In this document: piece by piece, positions 8,790 through 17,314 of the stretch
Layout of the letters: every line of letters starts with the position of its first letter
Numbering within the stretch: the stretch's first letter is position 1
NCBI GenBank assembly: GCA_963664295.1
Contig: OY760935.1
Span: 580,667 to 620,666, forward strand
Direction of reading: 5' to 3'
Length of the DNA: 40,000 nt
Source: Candidatus Altimarinota bacterium
GTDB lineage: Bacteria > Patescibacteriota > Gracilibacteria > CAIRYL01 > GCA-016699755
Notes under the pieces: generated by a model
Seen by the model: only the letters and a program-made list of their open reading frames with translations
Told to the model about the DNA's origin: nothing
The model's database searches: none
Made by a program: the position numbers and the translations under genes

Positions 8790-9767
8790 TTAAGAGGTAT
8801 TTTTGATAAATACTTTAAGTAATTCAATAAAACCATAAGTATTTACAAAATAATTATTTTTATTTTTTTTTAAATTTTGCAAAATATTTTTTCTTTGCTC
8901 AAATGGCTTACCACTTTTTATTGCTTCATTTGCTAATAAGTTAAAATAAATACCATCCAAAAAAGAAATATAGTGAACATCTTTATCTTGATGTGATATA
9001 AAATCTATAATCTCAGACATTTGCTTATCTTGACCACCTCCAGACTCTTTCATGTGTTTATGCTCCATAATAAGAATATGGTCATTAATTTTGATTAAAA
9101 AGTCTGTCTGTTTTTTCTGCTTATTTTTTGACCACTTAAATTTTAACTTAAAATGTTTTAATATTTTTTCAAACAAAATCTTGTCTGCTTTGTCAGGACA
9201 TATATAAATATGATTACTTTTAATAAATTCATCTATATTTTTTGATGAAAAATATGAAAATCCAAACTGATTCAAGATATTTATAATTTTTTTATTTGCA
9301 GCATTGCCATTACCTTTATGTGCTTTTGAGTCTTTGATCGCCTGCAACGAAGAAAATGAATAACCGTGAATTTTATACAACAAGTGTCTATCTTTTATAA
9401 ATTCTGGTATTACATTTTTTAAAAACTCAATTTGTATAAAATGATTTGAATTAAATGTTTTATAAGCACTATATGACATATCTTTCAATGCCCAATAACT
9501 TGTAAATTCAGTATTATTTATTCCAGATGTTTTTAAAATTTTTACAATATTCTCCAATATAATATTTTGCATTTTTTTATTTTTTGACTTAATAGCAATT
9601 TTATATGCAGCAATGTTGTCACATATTTCCACATTGGATTTCATTAAGTTGTTTAGCTTTTTTGGATTGTCAGTAATTATCGGCTTACTATCTTTTACAT
9701 AATATTCATCAATATAAGATTCTTTATTTTTTATGCTTAAGCTAAAAATTTGAATATTACTAATCAT
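8790..9767 (-). CDS. Putative type II restriction endonuclease, 325 aa, partner of the adjacent methyltransferase
   Basis: It lies immediately downstream (11-nt gap) of the N6-adenine MTase gene. A PD-(D/E)XK-like motif is present: TDFLIKINDHILIMEHK (D...E-x-K). Very low GC. Confidence 0.5.
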   Translation of the reverse strand: MISNIQIFSLSIKNKESYIDEYYVKDSKPIITDNPKKLNNLMKSNVEICDNIAAYKIAIKSKNKKMQNIILENIVKILKTSGINNTEFTSYWALKDMSYSAYKTFNSNHFIQIEFLKNVIPEFIKDRHLLYKIHGYSFSSLQAIKDSKAHKGNGNAANKKIINILNQFGFSYFSSKNIDEFIKSNHIYICPDKADKILFEKILKHFKLKFKWSKNKQKKQTDFLIKINDHILIMEHKHMKESGGGQDKQMSEIIDFISHQDKDVHYISFLDGIYFNLLANEAIKSGKPFEQRKNILQNLKKNKNNYFVNTYGFIELLKVFIKNTS

Positions 9768-9778
9768 AATTTAAGTTA

Positions 9779-10789
9779 TTAAAATAATTTTACACTTGGC
9801 ATAACTTTTTCATAAGCTTCTTCTAAGATAGCTCTTGCTGTTTGATAATCTAACCTTCTTCTTCTTTCGCCATTTTTTTTATTACCTTTAAATGGCGAAA
9901 GAAGAAGATCATTAGTTTTTAATCTAAAACTAAATAGTATTTGATTACTTTTTTTAATTATCTTTTCAATTGCTTCTTCGTCTGCTTTCATTTCAATTAA
10001 AGTTATCAATCTTGAGCTAACTTTTATTGTACTAAGATCATAATCAATCTCTTCTGGTTTCATAAACTGAATTAACTTTTTTGTGCTTGTTGTGTCTACT
10101 GCCCTCAATGCTATTTGCCCTCTAGATGAATTAAATCTTATATCAATATGTTTTTGTGGTATTTTTCTCATTTTTTCTATTTCTGCAAAATTACCAATAT
10201 ACTTATCATTTTTATAAACTTTTATTTGACTATAATCTTTATTTTTATTATCAAAACAAATTACACATACAGGATTTTCTGTGTCAAAAAACATTAAATC
10301 CTCAATTATTGTAATATTTTGTATTCTGTGTTTTGGAAACGATGAATTAATAAATGTTTCTGGGACTATCATTACTCCAAAATCATTATTCTCCATACAC
10401 CTGCTAATTGCTAATTGATATAAATCATTATAAGAACACATATTAAAATATTTACTAACTCCGTCATAAATGCCTTTTCTTTTTGCGCTATAGTTTGTTA
10501 AGTACGGCGGATTAGTGATAATTATAGAGTTTTTTATTCTGGGAATATGTTCTAAGCTATTATTAAATTTCCAACCCAAAAATTCATCTATATCTAAACC
10601 AACAACTTTTGAAAAACCTATTTTTTTAGCAATATTTAATAAATCTCCATTGCCAGCAAATGGATCAAAAGCTATTTCTGCTTTAGTAGACTTAATAAAA
10701 CCTAAAACATGATCTTTTAACCAAAAATGTTTTTTTGTAAAAAACTGACCCAAACTTTTCTTTTTTGCAATTATACTCATTAACTTCAT
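9779..10789 (-). CDS. N6-adenine DNA methyltransferase (gamma-type motif order), 336 aa
   Basis: Motifs appear in the order LGQFFT (motif X), FDPFAGNGDLL (motif I, SAM binding), IITNPPY (motif IV). Confidence 0.85.
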   Translation of the reverse strand: MKLMSIIAKKKSLGQFFTKKHFWLKDHVLGFIKSTKAEIAFDPFAGNGDLLNIAKKIGFSKVVGLDIDEFLGWKFNNSLEHIPRIKNSIIITNPPYLTNYSAKRKGIYDGVSKYFNMCSYNDLYQLAISRCMENNDFGVMIVPETFINSSFPKHRIQNITIIEDLMFFDTENPVCVICFDNKNKDYSQIKVYKNDKYIGNFAEIEKMRKIPQKHIDIRFNSSRGQIALRAVDTTSTKKLIQFMKPEEIDYDLSTIKVSSRLITLIEMKADEEAIEKIIKKSNQILFSFRLKTNDLLLSPFKGNKKNGERRRRLDYQTARAILEEAYEKVMPSVKLF

Positions 10790-10800
10790 TTTACAATAAA

Positions 10801-10826
10801 AAAACTCTTTTTAAAAAGAGTTTTTA
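10801..10826 (-). terminator. Rho-independent terminator directly after tRNA-Tyr
   Basis: A 10-bp stem AAAACTCTTT/AAAGAGTTTT with loop TTAA, followed on the minus strand by TTATTGT. It ends only 11 nt before the MTase ATG. Confidence 0.6.
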
Positions 10827-10911
10827 TGGTGGGCAGTGAGGGATTCGAACCCCCGAACTCAGAGAGAGCAGATTTACAGTCTGCCGCCGTTGACCGCTTG
10901 GCTAACTGCCC
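10827..10911 (-). tRNA. tRNA-Tyr (anticodon GTA), 85 nt, long variable arm, CCA encoded
   Basis: The reverse complement is GGGCAGTTAGCCAAGCGGTCAACGGCGGCAGACTGTAAATCTGCTCTCTCTGAGTTCGGGGGTTCGAATCCCTCACTGCCCACCA. Acceptor stem is GGGCAGT/ACTGCCC, anticodon loop CTGTAAA, T-loop TTCGAAT. Confidence 0.92.
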
Positions 10912-11128
10912 ACGATTATATAATTTATTGCTAATTTTTAAGTTTCTGGAGAACAGTTGCTAAGTCTGCACGGGTTGACCGCTTGGCTAACTGCCCACGA
11001 TTATATAATTTATTGCTAATTTTTAAGTTTCTGGAGAACAGTTGCTAAGTCTGCACGGGTTGACCGCTTGGCTAACTGCCCACGATTATATAATTTATTG
11101 CTAATTTTTAAGTTTCTGGAGAACAGTT
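10878..11128. repeat. Tandem repeat, 85-bp unit, about 2.95 copies. Each unit holds a 5' fragment of tRNA-Tyr plus its upstream leader.
   Basis: Units run 10878-10962 (inside and at the real tRNA), 10963-11047 and 11048-11128. Units 2 and 3 are identical as printed. They differ from the real tRNA at 4 clustered bases (ACGG vs CGCC). Confidence 0.95.
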
Positions 11129-11174
11129 TGCAAAATTTATACAAAATTCTAACTGCTCTTGCAAATTACAAAGC

Positions 11175-11249
11175 TGGAGCCAGCACTCGGATTCGAACCG
11201 AGGACCTGCCGCTTACAAGGCGGATGCTCTACCACTGAGCTATGCTGGC
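11175..11249 (-). tRNA. tRNA-Thr (anticodon TGT), 75 nt, CCA encoded
   Basis: The reverse complement is GCCAGCATAGCTCAGTGGTAGAGCATCCGCCTTGTAAGCGGCAGGTCCTCGGTTCGAATCCGAGTGCTGGCTCCA. Acceptor stem is GCCAGCA/TGCTGGC and the anticodon loop is CTTGTAA. There is one U-C mismatch at the top of the anticodon stem. Confidence 0.85.
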
Positions 11250-11300
11250 AATATAAAGCACAATCTTTTCTTGTAAAAGGTCGAGAAAAATTGTACTCGT

Positions 11301-11942
11301 TTAACTAATTTCTGTCAAAGCTTTCTCAATGTCTTCAGTCACTTTTTCAATAGACTGTTCACCATCAATCCTGATTATCTTGCCTTCTTCTTGATATTTT
11401 TCAATAGCTGGCAAAGTTTCTTTCATAAAATTTTCTATTCTTGCAAGAATAGCTTTTTCGTTATCATCACTGCGCTTAACAAGCTCTCCTCCACAAGCAT
11501 CACAATTTTCTTCTGTGTATTTAGCTGGGAAAACTTTTTTACAATTTTGACAAATTCTGCGATTTAATAATCTATTTTTTGACTCTTGCTCTGATATATC
11601 AATCCAAACTCCCATAAAATTGTCTCTGTCTATTTTTTGCAAAAGAGCATCAAAAGTTTCTTTTTGCTCCATGCTTCTTGGAATACCATCAAACAAAACA
11701 GCTCCCTCCCCTGCTTGATTTAACAAAAAATCTTCAATTACATCCATTACTATACTGTTTGTGACTAAATTACCACTTTCAATAATCTCTTTTACCTTAT
11801 TGCCAAGCTCTGTGCCACTTGAGGCAATAGAGCGTAAAGCACCGCCAGTTTCAAAAATAGTCAAATCGTGTTCTTTGGCTATAATTGCACCTTGGGTACC
11901 TTTTCCTGATCCTTGAATTCCAAAAAAAATCAAATCTTTCAT
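11301..11942 (-). CDS. adk: Adenylate kinase
   Basis: P-loop GIQGSGKGTQ and a zinc lid CQNC...CDAC. It follows secY. Confidence 0.95.
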   Translation of the reverse strand: MKDLIFFGIQGSGKGTQGAIIAKEHDLTIFETGGALRSIASSGTELGNKVKEIIESGNLVTNSIVMDVIEDFLLNQAGEGAVLFDGIPRSMEQKETFDALLQKIDRDNFMGVWIDISEQESKNRLLNRRICQNCKKVFPAKYTEENCDACGGELVKRSDDNEKAILARIENFMKETLPAIEKYQEEGKIIRIDGEQSIEKVTEDIEKALTEIS

Positions 11943-11947
11943 GTTTT

Positions 11948-13357
11948 TTATGTTAATTTTTCGTAATCATGCATAAGAAGCTGAGAATTAACTTGGCGAA
12001 TAAGCTCAAGCACAACACCAACTACGATAATCAAACCTGATCCGGAAATAATAAGATCAGAAGAGCTCAAATCAGTAAACATAGTAAACACAAGCGGAAC
12101 CAAGGCAATAAAGCCAAGGAAAGAGCCTCCCCAAAGATTCATACGATTAGAAACTTTACCTAAATGTTCTGCTGTTTCTTTGCCTGGACGTACACCAGGA
12201 ATAAAACCACCTCTTTTTTGCAAATTTTCTGCAACATTTTCAGGATTAAAGGTTATAGAAACATAAAAATAACTAAACAACACAATAAGAAGAAAGTATA
12301 AAAGTAGATATTCTGGTGTTGGATTGCCTGAGTTAAAATGAGCATTCCAAAAAGTAATAGCTTGTTCTGTTATTGATAATTCTGGCATTTTTGTTGCCAA
12401 TCCTGACAAAACTCCTTCGTATGAGCCAATATTTTTGCCCCAAAAATCAGTAAAAACTTCCAAATTTGCATAAGTCCCTAAGTTGGTAAACTTGCTTGGA
12501 TCCATAAAAAATCTTAAGAATACACTTGGGAATGTAATCATTGAAACAGCAAAGATAATTGGAATCATACCAGCTTGCAAAATACGGATAGGCAACACTG
12601 ATTTTTCACCTCTTGCTGTACGAGAAGTATGAGTCACTGTTATTGCTCTGTGTGCATCAGTAAAGATAACAACCAAAATCAAAAGAGCGACTGTCACAAG
12701 TGCAAAAACTGCAAAAGGGAGAACTTTTTCAGTTGCACCCAATTGAGCATTAGATAAAAGATTAACAACAACGCCTGGCATTGCGGCTACGATACCTGCA
12801 AAGATAATCATTGAAATACCATTACCTATTCCTTTTTCTGTAATTAATTCACCTAGCCACATTAAAAACACTGTACCTGCGGAAATTGTTATCATTGCAG
12901 GCAAAACCTCGGCTGGGTTTGTGTAATCAATAAAAGCTCCTTCTGCACCATGCGTAGAATTAGCAAGAAGCACTATCATTCCGTAAGACTGCATAAAGGC
13001 TAATGGAAAAGTAAGCCAACGAGTTATGCTATTAATTTTTTTTCTTCCTGCTTCACCCTCTTTACTCATTGCTTCTAATTTTGGAATAGCTACTGTCATC
13101 AGTTGCACTATAATCGAAGCATTGATATAAGGAGAAAGTCCCATCATGATAATAGAAAAATTCTCCATAGAACCACCTGTTAAAGCAGCAAAAATAGAAA
13201 GCGCTCCACCAGCACTAAAAGTTTCCTTAAGCACTGTAGGATCAATCCCTGGTACTGTTATATGTGCAGCAAGACGAAATACAAAAATAACAAATATTGT
13301 GAATAATATTTTATTTCTAAGGCTTTTTGTGTTCCAAATTCTTGATAAGTAATTCAT
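11948..13357 (-). CDS. secY: Preprotein translocase subunit SecY
   Basis: A 469-aa polytopic protein in the canonical position between rplO and adk. SecY-like segments are present, such as GISMIIFAGIVA. Confidence 0.95.
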   Translation of the reverse strand: MNYLSRIWNTKSLRNKILFTIFVIFVFRLAAHITVPGIDPTVLKETFSAGGALSIFAALTGGSMENFSIIMMGLSPYINASIIVQLMTVAIPKLEAMSKEGEAGRKKINSITRWLTFPLAFMQSYGMIVLLANSTHGAEGAFIDYTNPAEVLPAMITISAGTVFLMWLGELITEKGIGNGISMIIFAGIVAAMPGVVVNLLSNAQLGATEKVLPFAVFALVTVALLILVVIFTDAHRAITVTHTSRTARGEKSVLPIRILQAGMIPIIFAVSMITFPSVFLRFFMDPSKFTNLGTYANLEVFTDFWGKNIGSYEGVLSGLATKMPELSITEQAITFWNAHFNSGNPTPEYLLLYFLLIVLFSYFYVSITFNPENVAENLQKRGGFIPGVRPGKETAEHLGKVSNRMNLWGGSFLGFIALVPLVFTMFTDLSSSDLIISGSGLIIVVGVVLELIRQVNSQLLMHDYEKLT

Positions 13358-13370
13358 AAGGTTTAGTTAA

Positions 13371-13862
13371 TTATTTTTCTTGAGTTTCTTTTTTTGGAGC
13401 TTTTTTTTCTGCTTTTATTTCATTTTCTATTTTTCCGCCTGCTTTTTCGATTTTTTTGCGAGCAGAAGCAGAAACAGCAACTCCTTGAAAAGTGATTTTT
13501 TTTGTTAATTCACCATTACCAAGCACTTTAATCATATTTTTTTTCTTAGTAATTCTTTTTTCTCTCACTGTTTCCAATGAAACAGTTTCACCATCTTTAT
13601 AAAGTTCTTCAATTTTTGCTAAATTAAGAGGTGTAAATTCTTCTTTGTTTGGATTTTTAAACCCTTTTAATTTTGGAATTCGTCTTAAAAGTGGGGTTTG
13701 ACCACCTTCAAAGCCAAGACGAACTCCCCCTCCTGTGCGAGAATTTTGACCTTTCATGCCTCTTCCTGAGTATGTACCTTTTCCAGAAGCATTACCTCTT
13801 CCTAGTCTTTTACTTTTTTTGCGAGCACCTGCCGCTGGCTTTAAATCATGAAGTTTAACCAT
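13371..13862 (-). CDS. rplO: 50S ribosomal protein L15 (uL15)
   Basis: LKPAAGARKKSKRLGRGNASGKGTYSGRGMKGQ, with a Lys-rich C-terminal tail. Confidence 0.95.
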   Translation of the reverse strand: MVKLHDLKPAAGARKKSKRLGRGNASGKGTYSGRGMKGQNSRTGGGVRLGFEGGQTPLLRRIPKLKGFKNPNKEEFTPLNLAKIEELYKDGETVSLETVREKRITKKKNMIKVLGNGELTKKITFQGVAVSASARKKIEKAGGKIENEIKAEKKAPKKETQEK

Positions 13863-13869
13863 ATTAGTA

Positions 13870-14487
13870 TTAAAATAATTTTTCTAAGATATTGTTTGCA
13901 AATTTTTCTGCTGTAGAAGGTCCATTAGCTGTAATTATATTGCCATCAACTGTCACTTCTTCATTTGTAAAATTTGCCCCTCTTTCTTGTAATAACATAC
14001 CTGGTCCACCATCTCCGTTCCAACAAGTAGCTGAAACTCCATCTAGAACACCTGCTTCTGCAAGAATGGTTGGAGCAATGCAAATGGCTGCTAAAATTTT
14101 ACCATTCTCCACTGCTTCTCTTGCTATCCTGTGTGCATCAGCATCTTGTTGATAACTAACTGCACCAGGTCCTCCTATAAATATAATCACATCATAATCA
14201 ACTGCTTTTACTTTATTTATTGCTATTTCTGCTTTTATTTCTTTTCCAAACTTACCAATTGCTTTTCCTGCTTCTTTACTTGCTATTACCACTTTTACTC
14301 CTTTCTCTTGTAATTTTTGGTAAGGATCTGAGAATTCCTGATCTTGAAAATCTTTTTGGGCGATAATAAAAAGTGCTTTTTTCATTGGATTTTTTGAGTT
14401 TTGGTTATTGTTCGAAATTATACAAGATGCTAATAGGAGTATTAAACATAAGGCCGAAACTGTTTTAAATATCTTTAATAAATTCAT
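13870..14487 (-). CDS. DJ-1/PfpI family protein with a lipoprotein-type signal peptide, embedded in the r-protein operon
   Basis: A lipobox-like LLLASC is present at the N-terminus. The nucleophile elbow is ILAAICIAP, and DYDVIIFIGGPG is also present. The start overlaps the rpsE stop by 1 nt (TAATG). Confidence 0.85.
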   Translation of the reverse strand: MNLLKIFKTVSALCLILLLASCIISNNNQNSKNPMKKALFIIAQKDFQDQEFSDPYQKLQEKGVKVVIASKEAGKAIGKFGKEIKAEIAINKVKAVDYDVIIFIGGPGAVSYQQDADAHRIAREAVENGKILAAICIAPTILAEAGVLDGVSATCWNGDGGPGMLLQERGANFTNEEVTVDGNIITANGPSTAEKFANNILEKLF

Positions 14488-15215
14488 TACCCAGCTTTTT
14501 CTGCCGTTTTAGTTTCTTTTTTGGCGGACTTTGCAGGGGTGTTTTTATTATTAGGTTTTTTATTTTCAACCTTTTTTGGACTTGGTTTAACCTGAAGAGC
14601 TTCAAGAGCTTTTATGGTAGCTTGAGCATTTACAAGTCTATTGCTTGTGCCTATTGTTTTTGCAACAATATTTTCAATACCAGCTAAATCGCAAATTTTG
14701 CGAGTAGCACCACCAGCAATAATACCACTACCTTCTCTTCCAGGCATCAATAATAAACGAGATGATTTATGTTTTATTTTAACTTGATGTGGGATAGTTC
14801 CATTTTCAATATTTATTCTAATTAGTTGTTTTTTTGCTTTTTGGATAGCCTTTTGGATACCACCAACTACTTCGGCAGATTTACCAATGCCAACACCAAC
14901 CCTGCCTTTGCGATCACCAATAATAACAGTTGCTCGAAAACGCAATCTGCGACCACCTTTAACCACACGAGTCACACGGTCTATTTGCAAAACCTCCTCC
15001 ATAAATTCTTTTTCTTTTTCAGGAGCACCACGCCTACCTCTTTTTCTGCGTGGAGGGCGTTTTTTCTTCTCAAATGAGCCCTTTTTATTAGCTTTTTGAT
15101 CACTTTGTTGAGGACCTTTTTTAGCTTCCTCTTTCTTTTGCTCTTGTGGCTGATTTTCTTCAGCTACAACTTCTTTTGCCTCTGTTGTTTCCTCGGTTAT
15201 TTTTTCTTCTACCAT
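14487..15215 (-). CDS. rpsE: 30S ribosomal protein S5 (uS5) with long K/E-rich N- and C-terminal extensions
   Basis: The core is IDRVTRVVKGGRRLRFRATVIIGDRKGRVGVGIGKSAEV. It is flanked by about 70 aa N-terminal and about 40 aa C-terminal charged tails. Confidence 0.95.
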   Translation of the reverse strand: MVEEKITEETTEAKEVVAEENQPQEQKKEEAKKGPQQSDQKANKKGSFEKKKRPPRRKRGRRGAPEKEKEFMEEVLQIDRVTRVVKGGRRLRFRATVIIGDRKGRVGVGIGKSAEVVGGIQKAIQKAKKQLIRINIENGTIPHQVKIKHKSSRLLLMPGREGSGIIAGGATRKICDLAGIENIVAKTIGTSNRLVNAQATIKALEALQVKPSPKKVENKKPNNKNTPAKSAKKETKTAEKAG

Positions 15216-15227
15216 ATTATTTAATTA

Positions 15228-15560
15228 TTAAAATTTAAGACCACCTTCTCTTGTGCCATCAGCCAATGCTTTTACACGACCATGATAAGCAAAACCATTG
15301 CGATCAAATACACAAGAGGTGATTTTTTTATCTTGAGCTTTTTTTGCAAGCTCTTTGCCTGCCTCAAGAGCAGAGTTAATTGTTTTGTCTTTTGAGCTCA
15401 CAGAAGCTAAAGTCACACCTTTATCATCATCTATAAGCTGTGCATGAGTACAAGTCAATGAGCGATATACACTAAGTCTTGGTCTTTTTGTAGTACCGCT
15501 TACTTTAGCCCTTACACGCGCTTTTTTTCTTAGCCTTTGAGCTTGCTTTTTAGTTGGCAT
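15228..15560 (-). CDS. rplR: 50S ribosomal protein L18 (uL18)
   Basis: RLSVYRSLTCTHAQLIDD ... FDRNGFAYHGRVKALADGTREGGLKF. Confidence 0.95.
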   Translation of the reverse strand: MPTKKQAQRLRKKARVRAKVSGTTKRPRLSVYRSLTCTHAQLIDDDKGVTLASVSSKDKTINSALEAGKELAKKAQDKKITSCVFDRNGFAYHGRVKALADGTREGGLKF

Positions 15561-15577
15561 ATTTCTCTTAATTAAAA

Positions 15578-16126
15578 TTATTTAGCACCCGCTTTTTTAC
15601 CAGCTTTGCGAGTAATGTGTTCATCAATATATTTAATACCCTTACCTTTGTATGGTTCAGGCTTTCTGTATTCTCTGATCTCTGCAGCAAATTGACCTAC
15701 TTTTTGCTTATCAATACCTTTGATTATTAAGATATTTTTCTTTTCTTGATCAATTTCCACAGTCACACCTTCTGGAGCTTTCATGATAACAGGATGAGAA
15801 AAACCAAGATGTAATGTAATTTGAGCTCCTCCGCCTTCTGCTCTATATCCAACACCATTTATTTCTAATTTTTTCTCAAAACCATCTTTAACACCTGTGA
15901 TCAAGTTGGCTAAAAGGGCTCTAGTCAAACCGTGAGCTGCTCTATCTTCTTTGATATCACTATTACGAGCAATCGTAATTATTTTATCTTCAATGTTAAC
16001 TTTTACATTATCCATTACTTCCATAGAAAGCTCTCCTTTTGAGCCTTTTACTGTAATAAGCTTTTTTTCAAGCTTTACTTCAACTCCTTCTGGAATTTCA
16101 ATCGGCAATTTTCCTATTCTAGACAT
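15578..16126 (-). CDS. rplF: 50S ribosomal protein L6 (uL6)
   Basis: MSRIGKLPIEIPEGVEV ... GVGYRA ... PEPYKGKGIKY. Confidence 0.95.
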   Translation of the reverse strand: MSRIGKLPIEIPEGVEVKLEKKLITVKGSKGELSMEVMDNVKVNIEDKIITIARNSDIKEDRAAHGLTRALLANLITGVKDGFEKKLEINGVGYRAEGGGAQITLHLGFSHPVIMKAPEGVTVEIDQEKKNILIIKGIDKQKVGQFAAEIREYRKPEPYKGKGIKYIDEHITRKAGKKAGAK

Positions 16127-16144
16127 TATTTAATAAATTAAATA

Positions 16145-16528
16145 TCAATAAACTTCACAAAGAATTTCTCCGCCAATTTTGTCTGCTTTTGCATCTTCTC
16201 CTGTCATTACGCCTTTTGATGTAGAAACTATATAAATTCCTAAACCATTTAAACTGGACATAATTTCTTCTGACTTTTTAAATACTCTACGACCAGGCTT
16301 AGACACTCTAGTTAAAGTAAGTGCACTTTTGTTGCGAGGAAGAAGTATTTTAATATCTTTAAATTTTTTATCTTGAATCAATTTACTACCTTCTATAAAA
16401 CCTTTTTTCTCTAAAATCTGGACAATGTCCATTTTTATTTTTGAATAAGGAACAATTGTATATTCCTGCTGAGCCTTAAATGCATTACGTATTCTTGTTA
16501 AAAGATCTGCTATTGGGTCTGTATTCAT
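16145..16528 (-). CDS. rpsH: 30S ribosomal protein S8 (uS8)
   Basis: DPIADLLTRIRNA ... GGEILCEVY. Confidence 0.95.
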   Translation of the reverse strand: MNTDPIADLLTRIRNAFKAQQEYTIVPYSKIKMDIVQILEKKGFIEGSKLIQDKKFKDIKILLPRNKSALTLTRVSKPGRRVFKKSEEIMSSLNGLGIYIVSTSKGVMTGEDAKADKIGGEILCEVY

Positions 16529-16546
16529 ACTTAATTTAAATAATAA

Positions 16547-16771
16547 TTACCAAGAAGATTTTTTAAGTCCTGCAATTTCACCTTTACTAGCCAATTCCCT
16601 AGCACATTGTCTGCAAAGACCTAGAAGGCGGATATGACCACGAGGGCGACCGCATTTATTACAACGATTACGAACGCGAATTGCTTTTTCTGGCTTTTTA
16701 CCAGCTGCCAAAGCACGCTCTACCTGCTTAATTCTTTTTTCATTTCTGACAATTTTAGATTTCTTAGCCAT
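16547..16771 (-). CDS. rpsN: 30S ribosomal protein S14 (uS14), zinc-binding type, 74 aa
   Basis: [38 protein letters not shown] (CxxC...CxxC). Confidence 0.93.
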   Translation of the reverse strand: MAKKSKIVRNEKRIKQVERALAAGKKPEKAIRVRNRCNKCGRPRGHIRLLGLCRQCARELASKGEIAGLKKSSW

Positions 16772-16773
16772 AA

Positions 16774-17313
16774 TTACTTTTTAAAAGGAAAACCAAATTT
16801 ATCCATCAAAGCGAATAATTCTTCATTATTTTTAGCTGTAGTAGTGAAAGTAATTTCAATACCATGTAATTCTTTTGATTCAACTTCGCCAATTTCCGGA
16901 AAAGCATGGTGTTCTTTGATGCCAATTGAAAAATTGCCATGACCATCAGCTTTGCGAGCAAAACCACGAAAATCACGAATACGAGGAATTGAGACAAAAA
17001 TAAGTCTGTCTAAAAAATCATACATTTTTTTACCACGAAGAGTGACAGAAGCACCAACTGGCATTCCTTCTCTTAGTTTAAAATTAGAAATTGATTTTCT
17101 AGCTTTCTTTACAACAGGTTTTTGACCAGTTATTTTTGCAAGAGCTTCTTCAAATCTTTCAGTTTTTTTCTCACCACTTCTTGTCAAAATAGAGCCAAAA
17201 CCAACATTAACAGTGATTTTTTCTAATTTTGGCACTGCCATCGGATTTTTGATGCCCAGATCTTTTTGAATAGCTGGTGCAACTTCTTGCCTATATGTTT
17301 CAACTAAACTCAT
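16774..17313 (-). CDS. rplE: 50S ribosomal protein L5 (uL5)
   Basis: Canonical position. [23 protein letters not shown] ... RDFRG. Confidence 0.95.
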   Translation of the reverse strand: MSLVETYRQEVAPAIQKDLGIKNPMAVPKLEKITVNVGFGSILTRSGEKKTERFEEALAKITGQKPVVKKARKSISNFKLREGMPVGASVTLRGKKMYDFLDRLIFVSIPRIRDFRGFARKADGHGNFSIGIKEHHAFPEIGEVESKELHGIEITFTTTAKNNEELFALMDKFGFPFKK

Positions 17314-17314
17314 A

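Noticed and set aside
8745-8790. A far-side att repeat of the tRNA-Tyr 3' end that would prove tRNA-targeted integration of the R-M island
   Set aside because: The only resemblance is CAAGGGGATTAAGC against GAGGGATTCGAAC. This is too weak to call, so the integration mechanism is left open.
10912-10924. TATA-like boxes abutting the mature 5' ends of tRNA-Tyr (TATAAT, 3 nt away), tRNA-Thr (TATATT, adjacent) and tRNA-Trp (TATATAA, adjacent), which might suggest leaderless tRNA transcription without RNase P
   Set aside because: A bacterial -10 box that close would start transcription inside the tRNA. The distances are not constant, tRNA-Ser lacks the box, and such strings are common in AT-rich spacers. 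The evidence is insufficient.
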